A stretch of DNA of 64,000 nucleotides. Origin: Eledone cirrhosa. Its lineage: Eukaryota. The notes beneath the pieces were generated by a model, which saw nothing but the letters and a program-made list of their open reading frames with translations, had not been told where the DNA came from and made no database searches. The translations under genes were made by a program, and so were the position numbers. Positions 12,301 through 25,059 of this stretch are shown here, piece by piece (within the stretch, counting starts at the first letter, position 1; each line of letters opens with the position of its first letter). The stretch is taken from assembly GCA_964016885.1 (NCBI GenBank), contig OZ024758.1, positions 35,588,001 through 35,652,000 on the forward strand, written 5' to 3'.

Positions 12301-13860
12301 ACTAGCTGTCAGAAGTAACTCCAATGTTGGTGAGAATTCATTTAAGTCATGGTACTAGCTGTCAGAAGTAACTCCACTGTTGGTGAGAATTCATTTAAGT
12401 TCATGCTATTAGCTGTCAGAAGGAACTCCACTGTTGGTGAGAATTCATTTAAGTTCATGGTATTAGCTGTCAGAAGTAACTCCACTGTTGGTGAGAATTC
12501 ATTTAAGTTCATGGTACTAGCTGTCAGAAGTAACTCCAATGTTGGTGAGAATTCATTTAAGTTCATTTTATTAGCTGTCAGAAGTAACTCCACTGTTGGT
12601 GAGAATTCATTTAAGTTCATGGTACTAGCTGTCAGAAGTAACTCCACTGTTGGTGAGAATTCATTTAAGTTCATGGTACTAGCTGTCAGAAGTAACTCCA
12701 CTGTTGGTGAGAATTCATTTAAGTTCATGGTATTAGCTGTCAGAAGTAACTCCACTGTCGGTGAGAATTCATTTAAGTCATGGTATTAGCTGTCAGAAGT
12801 AACTCCATTGTTGGTGAGAATTCATTTAAGTTCATTGTACTAGCTGTCAGAAGTAACTCCACTGTTGGTGAGAATTCATTTAAGTTCATGGTACTAGCTG
12901 TCAGAAGTAACTCCAATGTTGGTGAGAATTCATTTAAGTCATGGTACTAGCTGTCAGAAGTAACTCCACTGTTGGTGAGAATTCATTTAAGTTCATGCTA
13001 TTAGCTGTCAGAAGGAACTCCACTGTTGGTGAGAATTCATTTAAGTTCATGGTATTAGCTGTCAGAAGTAACTCCACTGTTGGTGAGAATTCATTTAGGT
13101 TCATGGTACTAGCTGTCAGAAGTAAATCCAATGTTGGTGAGAATTCATTTAAGTTCATGGTATTAGCTGTCAGAAGTAACTCCACTGTTGGTGAGAATTC
13201 ATTTAAGTTCATGGTATTAGCTGTCAGAAGTAACTCCACTGTTGGTGAGAATTCATTTAAGTTCATGGTACTAGCTGTCAGAAGTAACTCCACTGTTGGT
13301 GAGAATTCATTTAAGTTCATGGTATTAGCTGTCAGAAGTAACTCCACTGTTGGTGAGAATTCATTTAAGTACATGGTATTAGCTGTCAGAAGTAACTCCA
13401 CTGTTGGTGAGAATTCATTTAAGTTCATGGTACTAGCTGTCAGAAGTAACCCCAATGTTGGTGAGAATTCATTTAAGTTCATGGTATTAGCTGTCAGAAG
13501 GAACTCCACTGTTGGTGAGAATTCATTTAAGTTCATGGTACTAGCTGTCAGAAGTAACTCCACTGTTGGTGAGAATTCATTTAAGTTCATGGTATTAGTT
13601 TGTCAGAAGTAACTCCACTGTTGGTGAGAATTCATTTAAGTCATGGTATTAGTTGTCAGAAGTAACTCCAATGTTGGTGAGAATTCATTTAAGTTCATGG
13701 TACTAGCTGTCAGACGTAACTCCACTGTTGGTGAGAATTCATTTAAGTTCATGGTATTAGCTGTCAGAAGTAACTCCACTGTTGGTGAGAATTCATTTAA
13801 GTCATGGTATTAGCTGTCAGAGTAACTCCAAAGTTGGTGAGAATTCATTTAAGTCATGGT
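9387..13860. repeat. Tandem duplication, period 2477 bp (46 monomers); second copy lacks a 485-bp (9 monomer) segment
   Basis: ORFs 9872/12349 and 10464/12941 are identical at +2477 (markers atgcta, cattttatt, cattgt, agtaaatcc, agtacatgg). The downstream markers gacgtaac and gtcagagtaactccaaag recur at +1992 instead. Confidence 0.88.
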
Positions 13861-16800
13861 ACTAGCTGTCAGAAGTAACTCCAATGTTGGTGAGAATTCA
13901 TTTAAGTTCATGGTATTAGCTGTCAGAAGGAACTCCACTGTTGGTGAGAATTCATTTAAGTTCATGGTATTAGCTGTCAGAAGTAACTCCACTGTTGGTG
14001 AGAATTCATTTAAGTTCATGGTACTAGCTGTCAGAAGTAACTCCACTGTTGGTGAGAATTCAGTTAAGTTCATGGTATTAGTTGTCAGAAGTAACTCCAC
14101 TGTTGGTGAGAATTCATTTAAATCATGGTATTAGTTGTCAGAAGTAACTCCAATGTTGGTGAGAATTCATTTAAGTTCATGGTACTAGCTGTCAGAAGTA
14201 ACTCCACTGTTGGTGAGAATTCATTTAAGTTCATGGTATTAGCTGTCAGAAGTAACTCCACTGCTGGTGAGAATTCATTTAAGTCATGGTATTAGCTGTC
14301 AGAAGTAACTCCATTGTTGGTGAGAATTCATTTAAGTCATGGTACTAGCTGTCAGAAGGAACTCCACTGTTGGTGAGAATTCATTTAAGTTCATGGTATT
14401 AGCTGTCAGAAGTAACTCCACTGTTGGTGAGAATTCATTTAGGTTCATGGTACTAGCTGTCAGAAGTAACTCCAATGTTGGTGAGAATTCATTTAAGTTC
14501 ATGGTATTAGCTGTCAGAAGTAACTCCACTGTTGGTGAGAATTCATTTAAGTTCATGGTATTAGCTGTCAGAAGTAACTCCAATGTTGGTGAGAATGTAT
14601 TTAAGTTCATGGTATTAGCTGTCAGAAGTCACTCCACTGTTGGTGAGAATTCATTTAAGTTCATGGTACTAGCTGTCAGAAGTAACCCCAATGTTGGTGA
14701 GAATTCATTTAAGTTCATGGTATTAGCTGTCAGAAGTCACTCCAATGTTGGTGAGAATTCATTTAAGTTCATGGTATTAGCTGTCAGAAGTAACTCCACT
14801 GTTGGTGAGAATTCATTTAAGTTCATGGTATTAGCTGTCAGAAGTAACTCCACTGTTGGTGAGAATTCATTTAAGTTCATGGTATTAGCTGTCAGAAGTA
14901 ACTCCACTGTTGGTGAGAATTCATTTAAGTTCATGGTATTAGCTGTTAGATGGAACTCCAATGTTGGTGAGAATTCATTTAAGTCATGGTACTAGCTGTC
15001 AGAAGTAACTCCACTGTTGGTGAGAATTCATTTAAGTTCATGGTATTAGCTGTCAGAAGTCACTCCACTGTTGGTGAGAATTCATTTAAGTTCATGGTAC
15101 TAGCTGTCAGAAGTAAATCCAACGTTGGTGAGAATTCATTTAAGTTCATGGTATTAGCTGTCAGAAGTCACTCCAATGTTGGTGAGAATTCATTTAAGTT
15201 CATGGTATTAGCTGTCAGAAGTAACTCCACTGTTGGTGAGAATTCATTTAAGTTCATGGTATTAGCTGTCAGAAGTAACTCCACTGTTGGTGAGAATTCA
15301 TTTAAGTTCATGGTACTAGCTGTCAGAAGTCACTCCAATGTTGGTGAGAATTCATTTAAGTTCATGGTATTAGTTTGTCAGAAGTAACTCCACTGATGGT
15401 GAGAATTCATTTAAGTCATGGTATTAGTTGTCAGAAGTAACTCCAATGTTGGTGAGAATTCATTTAAGTTCATGGTACTAGCTGTCAGAAGTAACTCCAC
15501 TGTTGGTGAGAATTCATTTAAGTCATGGTATTAGCTGTCAGAAGTAACTCCAATGTTGGTGAGAATTCATTTAAGTTCATGGTATTAGCTGTCAGAAGTC
15601 ACTCCAATGTTGGTGAGAATTCATTTAAGTTCATGGTATTAGCTGTCAGAAGTAACTCCACTGTTGGTGAGAATTCATTTAAGTTCATGGTATTAGCTGT
15701 CAGAAGTAACTCCACTGTTGGTGAGAATTCATTTAAGTTCATGGTATTAGCTGTCAGAAGTAACTCCACTGTTGGTGAGAATTCATTTAAGTTCATGGTA
15801 TTAGCTGTCAGAAGGAACTCCAATGTTGGTGAGAATTCATTTAAGTCATGGTACTAGCTGTCAGAAGTAACTCCACTGTTGGTGAGAATTCATTTAAGTT
15901 CATGGTACTAGCTGTCAGAAGTAACTCCAATGTTGGTGAGAATTCATTTAAGTTCATGGTATTAGCTGTCAGAAGGAACTCCACTGTTGCTGAGAATTCA
16001 TTTAAGTTCATGGTATTAGCTGTCAGAAGTAACTCCACTGTTGGTGAGAATTCATTTAAGTTCATGGTATTAGCTGTCAGAAGTCACTCCAATGTTGGTG
16101 AGAATTCATTTAAGTTCATGGTATTAGCTGTCAGAAGTCACTCCACTGTTGGTGAGAATTCATTTAAGTTCATGGTACTAGCTGTCCGAAGTAACCCCAA
16201 CGTTGGTTAGAATTCATTTAAGTTCATGGTATTAGCTGTCAGAAGTCACTCCAATGTTGGTGAGAATTCATTTAAGTTCATGGTATTAGCTGTCAGAAGT
16301 AACTCCACTGTTGGTGAGAATTCATTTAAGTTCATGGTATTAGCTGTCAGAAGTAACTCCACTGTTGGTGAGAATTCATTTAAGTTCATGGTATTAGCTG
16401 TCAGAAGGAACTCCACTGTTGGTGAGAATTCATTTAAGTCATGGTACTAGCTGTCAGAAGTAACTCCACTGTTGGTGAGAATTCATTTAAGTTCATGGTA
16501 TTAGCTGTCAGAAGTCACTCCACTGTTGGTGAGAATTCATTTAAGTTCATGGTACTAGCTGTCAGAAGTAACTCCAACGTTGGTGAGAATTCATTTAAGT
16601 TCATGGTATTAGCTGTCAGAAGTCACTCCAATGTTGGTGAGAATTCATTTAAGTTCATGGTATTAGCTGTCAGAAGTAACTCCACTGTTGGTGAGAATTC
16701 ATTTAAGTTCATGGTATTAGCTGTCAGAAGTAACTCCACTGTTGGTGAGAATTCATTTAAGTTCATGGTATTAGCTGTCAGAAGGAACTCCAACGTTGGT

Positions 16801-18379
16801 GAGAATTCATTTAAGTTCATGGTACTAGCTGTCAGAAGTAACTCCACTGTTGGTGAGAATTCATTTAAGTTCATGGTACTAGCTGTCAGAAGTAACTCCA
16901 CTGTTGGTGAGAATTCATTTAAGTTCATGGTATTAGTTTGTCAGAAGTAACTCCACTGATGGTGAGAATTCATTTAAGTCATGGTATTAGTTGTCAGAAG
17001 TAACTCCAATGTTGGTGAGAATTCATTTAAGTTCATGGTACTAGCTGTCAGAAGTAACTCCACTGTTGGTGAGAATTCATTTAAGTCATGGTATTAGCTG
17101 TCAGAAGTAACTCCAATGTTGGTGAGAATTCATTTAAGTTCATGGTATTAGCTGTCAGAAGTCACTCCAATGTTGGTGAGAATTCATTTAAGTTCATGGT
17201 ATTAGCTGTCAGAAGTAACTCCACTGTTGGTGAGAATTCATTTAAGTTCATGGTATTAGCTGTCAGAAGTAACTCCACTGTTGGTGAGAATTCATTTAAG
17301 TTCATGGTATTAGCTGTCAGATGTAACTCCACTGTTGGTGAGAATTCATTTAAGTTCATGGTATTAGCTGTCAGAAGGAACTCCAATGTTGGTGAGAATT
17401 CATTTAAGTCATGGTACTAGCTGTCAGAAGTAACTCCACTGTTGGTGAGAATTCATTTAAGTTCATGGTATTAGCTGACAGAAGGAACGCCACTGTTGGT
17501 GAGAATTCATTTAAGTTCATGGTATTAGCTGTCAGAAGTAACTCCACTGTTGGTGAGAATTCATTTAAGTTCATGGTACTAGCTGTCAGAAGTAACTCCA
17601 ATGTTGGTGAGAATTCATTTAAGTTCATGGTATTAGCTGTCAGAAGGAACTCCACTGTTGCTGAGAATTCATTTAAGTTCATGGTATTAGCTGTCAGAAG
17701 TAACTCCACTGTTGGTGAGAATTCATTTAAGTTCATGGTATTAGCTGTCAGAAGTCACTCCAATGTTGGTGAGAATTCATTTAAGTTCATGGTATTAGCT
17801 GTCAGAAGTCACTCCACTGTTGGTGAGAATTCATTTAAGTTCATGGTACTAGCTGTCCGAAGTAACCCCAACGTTGGTGAGAATTCATTTAAGTTCATGG
17901 TATTAGCTGTCAGAAGTCACTCCAATGTTGGTGAGAATTCATTTAAGTTCATGGTATTAGCTGTCAGAAGGAACTCCACTGTTGCTGAGAATTCATTTAA
18001 GTTCATGGTATTAGCTGTCAGAAGTAACTCCACTGTTGGTGAGAATTCATTTAAGTTCATGGTATTAGCTGTCAGAAGTCACTCCAATGTTGGTGAGAAT
18101 TCATTTAAGTTCATGGTATTAGCTGTCAGAAGTCACTCCACTGTTGGTGAGAATTCATTTAAGTTCATGGTACTAGCTGTCCGAAGTAACCCCAACGTTG
18201 CTGAGAATTCATTTAAGTTCATGGTATTAGCTGTCAGAAGTCACTCCAATGTTGGTGAGAATTCATTTAAGTTCATGGTATTAGCTGTCAGAAGTCACTC
18301 CACTGTTGGTGAGAATTCATTTAAGTCATGGTACTAGCTGTCAGAAGTAACTCCACTGTTGGTGAGAATTCATTTAAGT

Positions 18380-19290
18380 TCATGGTATTAGCTGTCAGAA
18401 GTCACTCCACTGTTGGTGAGAATTCATTTAAGTTCATGGTACTAGCTGTCAGAAGTAACTCCAACGTTGGTGAGAATTCATTTAAGTTCATGGTATTAGC
18501 TGTCAGAAGTCACTCCAATGTTGGTGAGAATTCATTTAAGTTCATGGTATTAGCTGTCAGAAGTAACTCCACTGTTGGTGAGAATTCATTTAAGTTCATG
18601 GTACTAGCTGTCAGAAGTAACTCCAACGTTGGTGAGAATTCATTTAAGTTCATGGTATTAGCTGTCAGAAGTCACTCCAATGTTGGTGAGAATTCATTTA
18701 AGTTCATGGTATTAGCTGTCAGAAGTCACTCCACTGTTGGTGAGAATTCATTTAAGTTCATGGTACTAGCTGTCAGAAGTAACTCCAACGTTGGTGAGAA
18801 TTCATTTAAGTTCATGGTATTAGCTGTCAGAAGTCACTCCAATGTTGGTGAGAATTCATTTAAGTTCATGGTATTAGCTGTCAGAAGTCACTCCACTGTT
18901 GGTGAGAATTCATTTAAGTTCATGGTACTAGCTGTCAGAAGTAACTCCAACGTTGGTGAGAATTCATTTAAGTTCATGGTATTAGCTGTCAGAAGTCACT
19001 CCAATGTTGGTGAGAATTCATTTAAGTTCATGGTACTAGCTGTCAGAAGTAACTCCAACGTTGGTGAGAATTCATTTAAGTTCATGGTATTAGCTGTCAG
19101 AAGTCACTCCAATGTTGGTGAGAATTCATTTAAGTTCATGGTATTAGCTGTCAGAAGTCACTCCACTGTTGGTGAGAATTCATTTAAGTTCATGGTACTA
19201 GCTGTCAGAAGTAACTCCAACGTTGGTGAGAATTCATTTAAGTTCATGGTATTAGCTGTCAGAAGTCACTCCAATGTTGGTGAGAATTCA
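18380..19290. repeat. Local 3-monomer (162 bp) higher-order run, copy 1
   Basis: caacg variant at 18462, 18624, 18786, 18948, 19056 and 19218 (spacing 162 except one 108), interleaved with gtcact-type units. Confidence 0.88.
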
Positions 19291-22200
19291 TTTAAGTTCA
19301 TGGTATTAGCTGTCAGAAGTAACTCCACTGTTGGTGAGAATTCATTTAAGTTCATGGTATTAGCTGTCAGAAGTAACTCCACTGTTGGTGAGAATTCATT
19401 TAAGTTCATGGTATTAGCTGTCAGAAGGAACTCCAACGTTGGTGAGAATTCATTTAAGTTCATGGTACTAGCTGTCAGAAGTAACTCCACTGTTGGTGAG
19501 AATTCATTTAAGTTCATGGTACTAGCTGTCAGAAGTAACTCCACTGTTGGTGAGAATTCATTTAAGTTCATGGTATTAGTTTGTCAGAAGTAACTCCACT
19601 GATGGTGAGAATTCATTTAAGTCATGGTATTAGTTGTCAGAAGTAACTCCAATGTTGGTGAGAATTCATTTAAGTTCATGGTACTAGCTGTCAGAAGTAA
19701 CTCCACTGTTGGTGAGAATTCATTTAAGTCATGGTATTAGCTGTCAGAAGTAACTCCAATGTTGGTGAGAATTCATTTAAGTTCATGGTATTAGCTGTCA
19801 GAAGTCACTCCAATGTTGGTGAGAATTCATTTAAGTCATGGTACTAGCTGTCAGATGTAACTCCACTGTTGGTGAGAATTCATTTAAGTTCATGGTATTA
19901 GCTGACAGAAGGAACGCCACTGTTGGTGAGAATTCATTTAAGTTCATGGTATTAGCTGTCAGAAGTAACTCCACTGTTGGTGAGAATTCATTTAAGTTCA
20001 TGGTACTAGCTGTCAGAAGTAACTCCAATGTTGGTGAGAATTCATTTAAGTTCATGGTATTAGCTGTCAGAAGGAACTCCACTGTTGCTGAGAATTCATT
20101 TAAGTTCATGGTATTAGCTGTCAGAAGTAACTCCACTGTTGGTGAGAATTCATTTAAGTTCATGGTATTAGCTGTCAGAAGTCACTCCAATGTTGGTGAG
20201 AATTCATTTAAGTTCATGGTATTAGCTGTCAGAAGTCACTCCACTGTTGGTGAGAATTCATTTAAGTTCATGGTACTAGCTGTCCGAAGTAACCCCAACG
20301 TTGGTGAGAATTCATTTAAGTTCATGGTATTAGCTGTCAGAAGTCACTCCAATGTTGGTGAGAATTCATTTAAGTTCATGGTATTAGCTGTCAGAAGTAA
20401 CTCCACTGTTGGTGAGAATTCATTTAAGTTCATGGTATTAGCTGTCAGAAGTAACTCCACTGTTGGTGAGAATTCATTTAAGTTCATGGTATTAGCTGTC
20501 AGAAGGAACTCCACTGTTGGTGAGAATTCATTTAAGTTCATGGTACTAGCTGTCAGAAGTAACTCCACTGTTGGTGAGAATTCATTTAAGTTCATGGTAT
20601 TAGTTTGTCAGAAGTAACTCCACTGTTGGTGAGAATTCATTTAAGTCATGGTATTAGTTGTCAGAAGTAACTCCAATGTTGGTGAGAATTCATTTAAGCC
20701 ATGGTACTAGCTGTCAGAAGTAACTCCAATGTTGGTGAGAATTCATTTAAGTTCATGGTATTAGCTGTCAGAAGGAACTCCACTGTTGGTGAGAATTCAT
20801 TTAAGTTCATGGTATTAGCTGTCAGAAGTAACTCCACTGTTGGTGAGAATTCATTTAAGTTCATGGTACTAGCTGTCAGAAGTAACTCCAATGTTGGTGA
20901 GAATTCATTTAAGTTCATGGTATTAGCTGTCAGAAGTAACTCCACTGTTGGTGAGAGTTCATTTAAGTCATAGTATTAGCTGTCAGAAGTAACTCCAATG
21001 TTGGTGAGAATTCATTTAAGTTCATGGTATTAGCTGTCAGAAGTAACTCCACTGTTGGTGAGAATTCATTTAAGTTCATGGTATTAGCTGTCAGAAGTAA
21101 CTCCACTGTTGGTGAGAATTCATTTAAGTTCATGGTACTAGCTGTCAGAAGTAACTCCACTGTTGGTGAGAATTCATTTAAGTTCATGGTATTAGTTTGT
21201 CAGAAGTAACTCCACTGTTGTTGAGAATTCATTTAAGTTCATGGTATTAGCTGACAGAAGGAACGCCACTGTTGGTGAGAATTCATTTAAGTTCATGGTA
21301 TTAGCTGTCAGAAGTAACTCCACTGTTGGTGAGAATTCATTTAAGTTCATGGTACTAGCTGTCAGAAGTAACTCCACTGTTGGTGAGAATTCATTTAAGT
21401 TCATGGTATTAGTTTGTCAGAAGTAACTCCACTGTTGGTGAGAATTCATTTAAGTTCATGGTATTAGCTGTCAGAAGGAACTCCAACGTTGGTGAGAATT
21501 CATTTAAGTTCATGGTACTAGCTGTCAGAAGTAACTCCACTGTTGGTGAGAATTCATTTAAGTTCATGGTACTAGCTGTCAGAAGGAACTCCAACGTTGG
21601 TGAGAATTCATTTAAGTTCATGGTACTAGCTGTCAGAAGTAACTCCACTGTTGGTGAGAATTCATTTAAGTTCATGGTACTAGCTGTCAGAAGTAACTCC
21701 AATGTTGGTGAGAATTCATTTAAGTTCATGGTATTAGCTGTCAGAAGTAACTCCACTGTTGGTGAGAATTCATTTAAGTTCATGGTATTAGCTGTCAGAA
21801 GTAACTCCACTGTTGGTGAGAATTCATTTAAGTTCATGGTACTAGCTGTCAGAAGTAACTCCACTGTTGGTGAGAATTCATTTAAGTTCATGGTATTAGT
21901 TTGTCAGAAGTAACTCCACTGTTGGTGAGAATTCATTTAAGTTCATGGTATTAGCTGACAGAAGGAACGCCACTGTTGGTGAGAATTCATTTAAGTTCAT
22001 GGTATTAGCTGTCAGAAGTAACTCCACTGTTGGTGAGAATTCATTTAAGTTCATGGTACTAGCGGTCAGAAGTAACTCCACTGTTGGTGAGAATTCATTT
22101 AAGTTCATGGTATTAGTTTGTCAGAAGTAACTCCACTGTTGGTGAGAATTCATTTAAGTTCATGTTATTAGCTGTCAGAAGGAACTCCAACGTTGGTGAG

Positions 22201-25059
22201 AATTCATTTAAGTTCATGGTACTAGCTGTCAGAAGTAACTCCACTGTTGGTGAGAATTCATTTAAGTTCATGGTACTAGCTGTCAGAAGTAACTCCACTG
22301 TTGGTGAGAATTCATTTAAGTTCATGGTATTAGTTTGTCAGAAGTAACTCCACTGATGGTGAGAATTCATTTAAGTCATGGTATTAGTTGTCAGAAGTAA
22401 CTCCAATGTTGGTGAGAATTCATTTAAGTTCATGGTACTAGCTGTCAGAAGTAACTCCACTGTTGGTGAGAATTCATTTAAGTCATGGTATTAGCTGTCA
22501 GAAGTAACTCCAATGTTGGTGAGAATTCATTTAAGTTCATGGTATTAGCTGTCAGAAGTCACTCCAATGTTGGTGAGAATTCATTTAAGTTCATGGTATT
22601 AGCTGTCAGAAGTAACTCCACTGTTGGTGAGAATTCATTTAAGTTCATGGTATTAGCTGTCAGAAGTAACTCCACTGTTGGTGAGAATTCATTTAAGTTC
22701 ATGGTATTAGCTGTCAGATGTAACTCCACTGTTGGTGAGAATTCATTTAAGTTCATGGTATTAGCTGTCAGAAGGAACTCCAATGTTGGTGAGAATTCAT
22801 TTAAGTCATGGTACTAGCTGTCAGAAGTAACTCCACTGTTGGTGAGAATTCATTTAAGTTCATGGTATTAGCTGACAGAAGGAACGCCACTGTTGGTGAG
22901 AATTCATTTAAGTTCATGGTATTAGCTGTCAGAAGTAACTCCACTGTTGGTGAGAATTCATTTAAGTTCATGGTACTAGCTGTCAGAAGTAACTCCAATG
23001 TTGGTGAGAATTCATTTAAGTTCATGGTATTAGCTGTCAGAAGGAACTCCACTGTTGCTGAGAATTCATTTAAGTTCATGGTATTAGCTGTCAGAAGTAA
23101 CTCCACTGTTGGTGAGAATTCATTTAAGTTCATGGTATTAGCTGTCAGAAGTCACTCCAATGTTGGTGAGAATTCATTTAAGTTCATGGTATTAGCTGTC
23201 AGAAGTCACTCCACTGTTGGTGAGAATTCATTTAAGTTCATGGTACTAGCTGTCCGAAGTAACCCCAACGTTGGTGAGAATTCATTTAAGTCATGGTATT
23301 AGTTGTCAGAAGTAACTCCAATGTTGGTGAGAATTCATTTAAGCCATGGTACTAGCTGTCAGAATTAACTCCAATGTTGGTGAGAGTTCATTTAAGTCAT
23401 GGTATTAGCTGTCAGAAGTAACTCCAATGTTGGTGAGAATTCATTTAAGTTCATGGTATTAGCTGTCAGAAGTAACGCCACAGTTGGTGAGAATTCATTT
23501 AAGTTCATGGTATTAGCTGTCAGAAGTAACTCCACTGTTGGTGAGAATTCATTTAAGTTCATGGTACTAACTGTCAGAAGTAACTCCACTGTTGGTGAGA
23601 ATTCATTTAAGTTCATGGTATTAGTTTGTCAGAAGTAACTCCACTGTTGGTGAGAATTCATTTAAGTCATGGTATTAGTTGTCAGAAGTAACTCCAATGT
23701 TGGTGAGAATTCATTTAAGTTCATGGTATTAGCTGTCAGAAGGAACTCCACTGTTGGTGAGAATTCATTTAAGTTCATGGTATTAGCTGTCAGAAGGAAC
23801 TCCAATGTTGGTGAGAATTCATTTAAGTCATGGTACTAGCTGTCAGAAGTAACTCCACTGTTGGTGAGAATTCATTTAAGTTCATGGTATTAGCTGTCAG
23901 AAGGAACTCCACTGTTGGTGAGAATTCATTTAAGTTCATGGTACTAGCTGTCAGAAGTAACTCCACTGTTGGTGAGAATTCATTTAAGTTCATGGTATTA
24001 GTTTGTCAGAAGTAACTCCACTGTTGGTGAGAATTCATTTAAGTCATGGTATTAGTTGTCAGAAGTAACTCCAATGTTGGTGAGAATTCATTTAAGCCAA
24101 GGTACTAGCTGTCAGAAGTAACTCCACTGTTGGTGAGAATTCATTTAAGTTCATGGTACTAGCTGTCAGAAGTAACTCCACTGTTGGTGAGAATTCATTT
24201 AAGTTCATGGTATTAGTTTGTCAGAAGTAACTCCACTGATGGTGAGAATTCATTTAAGTCATGGTATTAGTTGTCAGAAGTAACTCCAATGTTGGTGAGA
24301 ATTCATTTAAGTTCATGGTACTAGCTGTCAGAAGTAACTCCACTGTTGGTGAGAATTCATTTAAGTCATGGTATTAGCTGTCAGAAGTAACTCCAATGTT
24401 GGTGAGAATTCATTTAAGTTCATGGTATTAGCTGTCAGAAGTAACTCCGCTGTTGGTGAGAATTCATTTAAGTTCATGGTATTAGCTGTCAGAAGTAACT
24501 CCACTGTTGGTGAGAATTCATTTAGGTTCATGGTATTAGCTGTCAGAAGTAACTCCACTGTTGGTGAGAATTCATTTAAGTTCATGGTATTAGCTGTCAG
24601 AAGGAACTCCAATGTTGGTGAGAATTCATTTAAGTCATGGTACTAGCTGTCAGAAGTAACTCCACTGTTGGTGAGAATTCATTTAAGTTCATGGTATTAG
24701 CTGTCAGAAGGAACGCCACTGTTGGTGAGAATTCATTTAAGTTCATGGTATTAGCTGTCAGAAGGAACTCCACTGTTGGTGAGAATTCATTTAAGTTCAT
24801 GGTACTAGCTGTCAGAAGTAACTCCACTGTTGGTGAGAATTCATTTAAGTTCATGGTATTAGCTGTCAGAAGTCACTCCAATGTTGGTGAGAATTCATTT
24901 AGGTTCATGGTATTAGCTGTCAGAAGTCACTCCACTGTTGGTGAGAATTCATTTAAGTTCATGGTATTAGCTGTCAGAAGTAACTCCACTGTTGGTGAGA
25001 ATTCATTTATGTTCATGGTATTAGTTTGTCAGAAGTAACTCCACTGTTGGTGAGAATTC

